Below are positions 15,330-23,500 of a stretch of 64,000 bases of DNA, piece after piece. The first letter of the stretch is position 1, and every line of letters starts with the position of its first letter. The position numbers and the translations under genes are program-made. Source of the DNA: Podarcis tiliguerta (taxonomy: Eukaryota); assembly GCA_965153285.1 (NCBI GenBank), contig OZ229119.1; one strand, written 5' to 3'. The notes under the pieces are model-generated. The model was given only the letters and a program-made list of their open reading frames with translations. It had not been told where the DNA came from and searched no databases.

Positions 15330-16200
15330 GAGGAGATCTGCAATATATGCAACTACAGCATCTTCTAAGTGTCGTGTTTGGACTGGCAGCTTTTACAGCT
15401 TCTGAGACACCAGAGATATTGGAGCAACGGAATAAATCTTTTGAAACTAAAAAACCAGTGATCACTTTCCATAAATTTTTATTATCAATAAATAAGTTTG
15501 ACATGCAGACTTTAAGAAATGAATGGAATAAAGAATTGGATCTTCCAATACTACCTATGCGGTGGGAAAAAGTTTTAGCTTCTATAGTGATTGTATTGAT
15601 GGATCTTAAATTATGACTTATACAACATAAAATAATAAAGATTTATTGGACTTGTATTTAAAAAAGACTGTCTAATGTAGTTCTTTGTTGGAGATGTAAT
15701 AAGGATAATGCCTCTTTGATACATATGTTTTTACAGTGCCCCATACTCACTAAAAATTAAAAATTTCAGAGGAATATATTATTCTGAATATATTGTATGG
15801 AAGCTGACAATGAAACAACAAAAATGGATTCTACACACCCTAACTGTGGCCAAGAGGCTGATCCTGATGAACTGGAAGAATAAAGACAAACAGTGAATTG
15901 ACGACAGGACAACATTCGCAGCAGAGGAACGGATTGCTTATAAACTTTTTCTGGACAAATATATTGACATTTGGAATGAGTTTGTTGAGAATATTGTAGG
16001 TTATTAATAATCATACATGAATTAGGACAATAATATTTTTGTATATCTATATAACAATGTGTGGAAATGTAACTGATTATATTTAATTTACTATGCTATA
16101 CTCTTTCTTAATGTATTTTTTGCACTTTTTTCTTTCCTCACTTTATTTTCTATAACTGAAACTCTTTTTAAAAAATATTAATTATAAAAAAATGTGGAGA
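15330..16200 (+). mobile_element. Decayed L1/Tx1-like LINE ORF2 C-terminus and 3' UTR
   Basis: Broken frames give EWNKELDL..WEKV..DLKL*LIQHKII..IYW and the terminal zinc knuckle CWRCNKDNASLIHMFLQCP (about 15685-15742), followed by an AT-rich tail. Ends are approximate. Confidence 0.65.
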
Positions 16201-16789
16201 GATCTACCTTATTCTTCAAAGCCGTCTGATCTGTCATTGCATTTAATATAGATACACAGCCTGAGTGGTAGAGGCCAGGGACGTAAGATATATCGGCTTG
16301 TCTGCCTAGTGAGCCTGTGAACTTCATGGGTGAGGGGGACCAGCTCTGAAGGAATAACTTCCCATTTTGCAGCAGCATCACTTTGCCACTTGATAGGGCC
16401 ATCTGTCTAGATGCTGCTGTTCTCAAGTTCTTCCTCAGATCCATTGAGAGATAAATATGTAAATAGGGTGTGCTAATGCAGGGAGGGGCAGAAAGTTGAT
16501 CGGGAAATTTGCAATAGAACAACAAGATTCTGACTCGCAGAAGGCTAATAACAGAAACAACTGAAAAGCCTCACTTCCCAATTAGGTTGCTAGAAAATAA
16601 TGCCTAGATTTCTATGTGAAAGGAGTTGTGAGTGAGCTTGGTTCTGATGCTGATCACAATTCTTAATTCCTTAATTCTTGGCCACTGTTTGCTCAGCTAA
16701 GAAACTATTTTCTACTTTGCTCATTATCAATAATGCTCAATATCAATAATGTCAATAATTGCTCAATATCAATAATGTCAATAATTGAT

Positions 16790-17195
16790 ACGAGGAAAGT
16801 TTGCAGGTTTGGGGACTTTTATAGTTTAGAGAAAATGTGAACAAGAGGTGACCTGAGAGAAGGTTATATGTACTTTTCTTTATCTTTTTGTAGTTGGTTA
16901 CTTGTATATTTTTTCTTTTTTGTACTCAATAAAATTTAATTAAGAGAGAGAGAGAGAGAGAGAGAGAAGGTTATAACATGAGGCCTGGCATGGAGAAAGT
17001 GGATGGAGAACAGTTTTTCTCCCTCTCTCATAAAACTATCCGATGAAGGTGACTGTTGGAAGGTTCAGGACAGATAAAAGGAAGCCCCTTTTCACCCAGA
17101 GCAGAGTTCAATGATGGCAATTAGTTCAATTTGGATGGCATTAAAAGCAGATCATACAAATTCATGGAGAATAGGGCTATCAGTGGCCACCAGTT
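16790..17195 (+). mobile_element. CR1 fragment (second subfamily) with a short nested insertion
   Basis: TACGAGGAAAG...AGTTTAGAGAAAA..GAGGTGAC...CAGATAAAAGGAAG...AAATTCATGGAG..AGGGCTATCAGTGGC. Interrupted at 16869-16961. Confidence 0.65.
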
Positions 17196-18587
17196 ATGAT
17201 TTTTTAGTACTCCCCCCAGAGCCCTGAGGGGGATGCTGAACTCTTGAATCTGCAAGTAAACCTCTGAGACCTGGCAATCTTGGGGTGCACACATCATGCA
17301 ACCGACACTGTCTGTCTAGAGCATGTAAGTTGCACACCCTCCTTCGCAAGTCCTTCTGCCCTTGAAGAGAGAGGTCAGGGACCACTGCGACACATTATTT
17401 CCCTTCCCAATACTTTGCTCCACTGAATCAGTTCAGGAACAGAAGAGGACTGTGGATGTATTATTTCTTTGCTTAAAGGCAGGAGAACCGACCCATGGAG
17501 AGACTGAAGGTGGAAAAAAGCCTGCAAAGTTCTTCTGAAAAGGACATTAGTAACACCAGCCTAAAATTCATTAAAATTCTCTGCCTCATCTCTTTTTCTC
17601 TTAGCCATATGCATTTGTCAACATACAGCTGAGAGCACAGTTGGGTTCAGCCCTAGGCCAAGTGATCTGGAGAGCAAATGCTGTGTGAGATACTCTCTTC
17701 ATCTGTAGCATCTCATCATCTTTCCACTCAACACAAAACAAAAAGTGAAGCAAAAAGATGACATAATGATGCTTGTAATTGCAATAATAAAGTGGGCAGC
17801 AGGGAAGGCACACAAAGACTGTGCTTTCGGAGCTGTGATTCACCAAGATGTCTTGCTTTTAGATCAATGAATTGAAAGTTGGAATAATTGTTCAGCTATC
17901 AAAGACACCCGTGAAAAATAGAACTGCAGGTCAGTTAAATGGCATCGCTTGATCCTCTGTTGGCGTTGCTTCCTTGTAACTCCCTTTTCAAGTGATGCTA
18001 GCATTGTGGGAGCCATGAAACTCCTTACTCCCTGTGCCACCCTGGCAACATGACAGGCTCCAGGTCAAAAGGAAGGGAGGGAGGGAGGGAGGGAGGGAGG
18101 GAGGAGCAAGCCGACCGGGTGCCTGGGGCCAGCTGCCTGTGGGGCGGGGCGAGCTGGGGCAGGATGCTTCGCGGGGCCCCTGGAGTCTGCCTGCCTCCTC
18201 CCACTCAGCCGCCCTACAGCTGAGGGGGAGGCAACGGGTGCTCAAGCCCGTTTGGGGCAGCGCGGAGGCTGTGGGCGCTCAAGCCACTGCATCACTCCCA
18301 GGAGAGATGCATGACTCGGGTGCACTGCAGGCCCCACGGTAAGTGCCACCCACCATTTTGTCACCTCCCTCAGTGGGGACACCCAGGGCACCCACAGCAC
18401 CCCCCTTGGTACGCCCCTGGAAGGAAGGAAGGACCCTACACTGTAGTTTGTCATCATAGTTGGCTTGTGGTCTGTACTATTTCAGGCTCCAAGGGGGAGA
18501 GGGAAACCTCTCTTTATATAGCAAACTAGCTCACAAGCAAGAGTGCTACTGTAAATATTTTGCTCTGAAATGCTAATTTTCTACATG

Positions 18588-19338
18588 TGTCAGGGGTTCA
18601 GGAGCAGAGTCACAGGAGAGGGAAGAAACGGAGAGTGAGGGGGAGGAGTCGGAAGGAAATGTCAGCGGCGACAGTAGTCCGAGGTCTCTGAGCCTCTCCA
18701 GTGACTCGGAGGATTCACAGAAAGGGGCCCCCATGGTCAGGGCAAGGGGAGTGCCCAGGGGGACACCTCGGGAAGGAGGGGACTCAGAGAGTAGCAGCTG
18801 GAAATCCGGGCCAGCGTCCCCCCCAGAGTGCAGTAGGGGGGAGGAGTCCAAGGCATCGGGATCAGGGAGCGCGCAGGCAGAGGGAGAACGTGAGGCAGGA
18901 CTGACCACACCCTCGTCAGGGAGCGAGGAAACGGTCATCCGGAAAGTAAAACGCGCGCGCGCGCCAAGTTCAAATGTACAGGAGGGCGGCAAGGTGGGCA
19001 GCCCGGGTAGGGAGCCAGGTCCTAAAGCCCGCCGAAGAGAGGGGGAGGAGTCAGAGGGGTCAAGCTCTGCGTCGGAAGAGTCCAGGAGGAATGAGACCCC
19101 GGGGGGTAGTAAGACCCAGAGGAAGAGAGAGAGAAGGAAGAGGTGGAGTAAGATTAGAGTATTAAACTGGTGCACAGGGGGTGGAGATCCAGACAGAGCT
19201 TCGCCGGTCTAAAGTCCAGACGTAGGGCTGGGACGCTGAGACTTGTAAATGGAGACTATTCTTCAATAAAGACTTTGATACTGTACGATCGGCTAGCGTT
19301 GGTCCTTGGTGAGCTGGGACCCGGAGCCAGCTCTGACA
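18588..19338 (+). repeat. 5' LTR (751 bp)
   Basis: Direct repeat of 24395-25145. By-eye comparison found two mismatches (T18636/C24443 and G18957/A24764). 6-bp terminal inverted repeat TGTCAG/CTGACA. Confidence 0.97.
19160..19201 (+). promoter_or_regulatory. LTR core promoter: TATA-like TATTAAA and predicted TSS at A19191
   Basis: TATTAAA starts 31 nt upstream of a CC|A step that coincides with the start of the self-primer sequence. Confidence 0.7.
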
Positions 19339-19340
19339 GT

Positions 19341-19351
19341 AAGCTCTGTCT
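19341..19351 (+). promoter_or_regulatory. Self-priming primer-binding site (Tf1-type)
   Basis: AAGCTCTGTCT, 2 nt after the 5' LTR, is the exact reverse complement of AGACAGAGCTT at 19191-19201 inside the LTR. No TGG-initiated tRNA PBS is adjacent to the LTR. Confidence 0.85.
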
Positions 19352-19449
19352 CCTTTTTTAAAAGTTTTGGCACCAAGAACCTCGCCACGTGAGTCGACGC
19401 AGCGAGGACAGAGGAGGGGTGCTTACAGAGCTCACAAAACTCAGGCAAG

Positions 19450-20526
19450 ATGACGACGGAAGAGCAGATAAAAGCCCTGCAAGAAGCGGTGACGCACCTC
19501 AGCACGGAGGTAATTGCATCCAGGAAGAGAGAGGAGGAAATGGTTACCTCCTGCCGGGATCTCCAAGCCAGGTTGGACGTGCTTTCTAAACAGGGGCAAA
19601 CGGGATACAAGGCAGAAGGCATTGGCTTGGGGAGGAGGGGAGGCAGCCTGGTATCGCATTTCGACGGGAGTTTGCAGCAGTACCCCAACTTCAGAGCAGA
19701 CCTGCTGTTTGCGCTGGATCTCCTGGACAAAGACTTCAGAGATGAGAGAGAGAGAGTGGGGTTTATCCTGTCCCATTTGCATGGGGAAGCCAAAACGTGG
19801 CTGCGGAATCTATGGAGGGACAATGATCCAGCGCTCCAAGATGCGAAGGCTTTTATTAAAGCAATGGACTCATGCTTTTTATCAAAGGTAGACGTCGATA
19901 TTGCCAGGAGGGACATACATGGACTTAAACAAGGCAAAGCCAGCGTGCGGCAGTACCATACTCGATTTTTCAGACTGGTTCATGCCCTGGGGTGGGAAAA
20001 AGATTCTGCGCCAGTCAGAGACCTCTTTTGGGAGGGGTTGAATGCAGATGTAAAAGCGGAGATTGGAAGAGGGGAGAGACCAAGGAGCACCCAGCAGGTA
20101 GTCCAGAGGGCTCTGGAGATCGGGGTGCATCTGGAAGAACGTCCTTGCAACAGGGAAGAAGGGCGTTGGGGAAGGGCACCAGCCAGAGCACCTCCCTTCT
20201 TTCCCAGAGAAGCAGCGCGTGCGCACTCCACACCCTCGCAGGGAGGGGGAGAAGAGCCGATGGAGATAGGAGGTGCCAGGGCTCAGTCAGCTAACAGAGC
20301 CCTGACACCGGGAGCAGCCAAAACGAAGCCTCCTAGAGGGAACAGGAAGTGCTACATCTGCGACAGTGCTCAACACATGGCGAAAGAGTGTCCCCAGAGG
20401 CTCCACAAGCACACTGCAGCCTCGGCAACAGTCGCAGAAGCAGCTCAATTGAAAACGCAGCAACAGTTAAACGACGGAGTCTGGCTGGAGGAAGAGGTAC
20501 TGGGGTCCAGCCAGACAAGTCAATGA
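19450..20526 (+). CDS. gag: Gag (358 aa): N-terminal coiled coil, Ty3/PEG10-like capsid, CCHC zinc knuckle
   Basis: Heptad-like N-terminus; capsid motifs LKQGKASVRQYHTRF and FWEGLNADVK; EPMEIG motif; CX2CX4HX4C (CYICDSAQHMAKEC) at 20350-20391. Confidence 0.95.
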   Translation: MTTEEQIKALQEAVTHLSTEVIASRKREEEMVTSCRDLQARLDVLSKQGQTGYKAEGIGLGRRGGSLVSHFDGSLQQYPNFRADLLFALDLLDKDFRDERERVGFILSHLHGEAKTWLRNLWRDNDPALQDAKAFIKAMDSCFLSKVDVDIARRDIHGLKQGKASVRQYHTRFFRLVHALGWEKDSAPVRDLFWEGLNADVKAEIGRGERPRSTQQVVQRALEIGVHLEERPCNREEGRWGRAPARAPPFFPREAARAHSTPSQGGGEEPMEIGGARAQSANRALTPGAAKTKPPRGNRKCYICDSAQHMAKECPQRLHKHTAASATVAEAAQLKTQQQLNDGVWLEEEVLGSSQTSQ

Positions 20527-20541
20527 AACAATCCCCAGCAC
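20466..20541 (+). promoter_or_regulatory. Predicted -1 ribosomal frameshift signal: slippery G TTA AAC plus H-type pseudoknot
   Basis: Heptamer 20466-20472 is in the correct gag phase, followed by a 6-nt spacer. Stem 1 GTCTGGCTGGA (20479-20489) pairs with TCCAGCCAGAC (20506-20516). Loop CTGGGG (20500-20505) pairs with CCCCAG (20533-20538). Confidence 0.85.
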
Positions 20542-23500
20542 TTTTGCAACCCACAGACCCCCTCCCACCCAAACCAGTGGTGCAGCTTACAGCGTCTCTC
20601 CAACTGCCCAATGGACGCACTCTGGAGGTGCCGATCACCATTGACTCCGGCAGCAACGCTGACTTTATAGGACTGGAATTCATTCAGCAGCACAATATAC
20701 CACTGCTACCAGCCACACTGCCCCTGAACGTTGTCACGGTGGATGGCAGAGACTTGTTAGGGGGGCAGGTGGTGCAACAAACGCAACCAATGGTGATGCG
20801 GATCGGAAATCACCGAGAAGTCATCAGCTTTAACGTCACCCACCTGTCGGACACGCCTGTAGTCCTGGGCATGAGTTGGCTGCACAGGCACAGCCCAGCA
20901 TTGGCGTGGTACCAACGCCAACTGACCTTCGGCTCCTCCTATTGCGCGGAACATTGCATCCTTCCTAGCCCGGAAGAAGGAGGGGACGACCCGCAGCTAC
21001 AATTAGGCACGCTGCAAGCAGTGCCGCGCAAGTACGCAGCGTTTTTGGAGGTTTTCTGCGAGAAGGAAGCGGACAAGCTGCCTCCCCACAGGCCCTATGA
21101 CTGCAAGATTGACCTCCTGCCAGGAGCGACGCTGCCAGCCGGGAAACTGTATTCCATGTCTGAGGACGAGCTGCAGGAGCTCAAGGAGTTCATAGACCTC
21201 AACTTGAAGCGCGGTTTCATCCGGGAGTCGAAGGCAGCGGGGGGCAGTCCTGTATTCTTTGTGAAGAAGAGGGACACGCCCCAAAAAAGACTTGTGGTAG
21301 ACTTCAGGCTCTTAAATTCAAAGACCAAGCCCGCGGCCTTTCCCATGCCCAAGATAGATGACCTGCTGGCGACGGCGAGGAAAGGACGCGTTTTTACAAA
21401 GTTGGATCTGCGAGGGGCGTACAACCTGATTCGCATACGGGAAGGAGACGAGTGGAAGACTGCCATGTTCACGCCCCTGGGCACATATGAATACAGAGTT
21501 ATGCCCTTCGGTTTACAAAATGGCGCCCACTGTTTTCAAGCTTTCATGCATCATGTCCTGGCGGGTCTCCTCTACAAGACATGCGTCTGCTTCTTGGACG
21601 ACATCCTGATATTCTCAGAATCTGAGGAGACCCACGAGAGAGACGTCAAGGAAGTTCTGCAGAGACTGCAGGAGCATCGACTGTATGCCAAGCTGGAGAA
21701 GTGCCAGTTCGACAGGAAGGAGGTGGATTTCCTGGGCTACAAGCTGTCGGACAAGGGGCTTGCCATGGACAGCGCCAAGGTTCGCGCAGTGTTGGACTGG
21801 AAGAGCCCGCGCAATCGGAAGGAGGTCCAGCGGTTTGTGGGGTTCGCCAACTTTTACCGCAAGTTCATCAAGGGGTTCGCGATGCAGACGGCGGCCATTA
21901 CGGACACGCTCAGCTCTAAGAAGAAGAAGTTCATCTGGACGGAGCAAGCGGAGCAGTCCTTTCAGAACCTTAAGCGTCTCTTCTCGTCCGAAGGGCAGCT
22001 ACTGCATGTGAATCCCAGCAAACCGCTGAGGGTTGAAACAGACGCCTCAGACAGAGCCGTGGGCGCCGTACTGTTGCAAGAGGACCCGCATGGGGACTGG
22101 AGACCGTGTGCCTTCTACTCTAGGAAGCTCAGCAAGTCGGAGCAAAACTACACCATCTGGGACAGGGAGTTGCTGGCCATTCATGCAGCATTCAAGGCGT
22201 GGCGGCACTTCCTCGTCGGGGCCAAGCACACCGTGCAGGTTCGCACGGATCATAAGAACCTGGAGTACTGGCGCACGGCAAGATTCCTAAACCAGCGGCA
22301 CATCAGATGGGCGGAATTTTTCGCGGATTTCGACTTCAGGATAGAATACATCCCAGGCGACAACAACATCATGGCGGATGCACTGTCCAGGAAGCCGCAA
22401 TACCTTGAAGAGGCGGCACCAGCAGCGGCCAAGCACATTTTCGCTCCGAAAGCGTGGGCGTGCGCTGCAGCAACCGTGGACTTGGAGGCGGTCCGTCGAG
22501 CACTGCAGGGGGACCCCTTTGCACAAGCCAAGATGGAGGAGGTGCACAAGGGCACGGTGAAGGACGACGAGTTCCAAGTACGAGACGGATTGCTCATCCG
22601 CAGAGGAGCTCTCTATGTACCGGGAGACGACCTCCGGGCGAAGGTACTGCAGCAGTTACACGACGCACCCACCGCCGGGCACTTTGGCAAGGAGAAGACG
22701 GCAGACCTCGTTGCCAGGGATTTTTGGTGGCCCAAGATGCGGGGGGAAGTCGCGGAGTACGTCTCGAGGTGCGACACCTGCCAAAGGGCCAAGTCAGTGC
22801 ACAAACCTCCGGCGGGACTGCTCGAACCGCTGCAGACTCCGAGCGAACCGTGGGAGAGGGTGGCCCTGGACTTTGTCACGGATTTACCCAGCTCAAGGGG
22901 TAAAACGGCAGTGCTAGTGGTGGTGGACATGTTCACTAAAATGGCCCACTTCATTCCGTGCGCGAAGGTGGCCACGGCAGAACAGACCGCCAAGCTGTTC
23001 ATAGACCACGTCTTCAGAGTGCATGGACTGCCACGGTCTATTTTGTCCGACAGGGGGCGCCAGTTCATTTCGAGCTTCTGGCAGAAGCTGATGGGTTTCC
23101 TGAATGTCAAGATCAACCTAGCGTCGGCGAGACACCCGCAGACCAACGGACAAGCGGAGCGCGTCAACGCCGTCATGCAGCAGTACCTGAGATGCTATGC
23201 AAATCAACAGCCGACGACATGGGTGGACTACCTGCCGCTCGCTGAGTTCGCTTACAACAACACGAAGCACGTGTCCACAGGGGTGACGCCGTTCTTCGCC
23301 AACAACGGGAGGCATCCCAGAACCTTCCCGGGATTAGAGAGACTGGGGGAGGGGGAGCCACAGGCAGCGGAAGTCTTGGCGGCGGAATTGCAGGAAGTCC
23401 ACGAGCAGCTTAGGAGGCAGTTAGAGCTAGCAAAGCACGCATACAAACTGCAGGCTGACAAGCACAGGAGGGTTGGTGAAGACATACAGGTGGGAGACTG

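Noticed and set aside
16724-16788. Short tandem repeats (also 41731-41767) as an array system
   Set aside because: These are simple local duplications without spacers in a eukaryotic intron, not CRISPR.
18733-19212. 159-aa ORF in the 5' LTR as an independent gene
   Set aside because: It is the duplicate of the pol C-terminus and lies almost entirely upstream of the predicted TSS.
19368-19385. TGGCACCAAG... as a tRNA primer-binding site
   Set aside because: It is 30 nt from the LTR end and I recognise no tRNA 3' match. The LTR-adjacent self-complementary site fits better.
20349-20471. Track's Pol start (MLHLRQ...)
   Set aside because: It is a GTG inside the gag zinc-knuckle region. The slippery site and pseudoknot at 20466 explain pol expression better.
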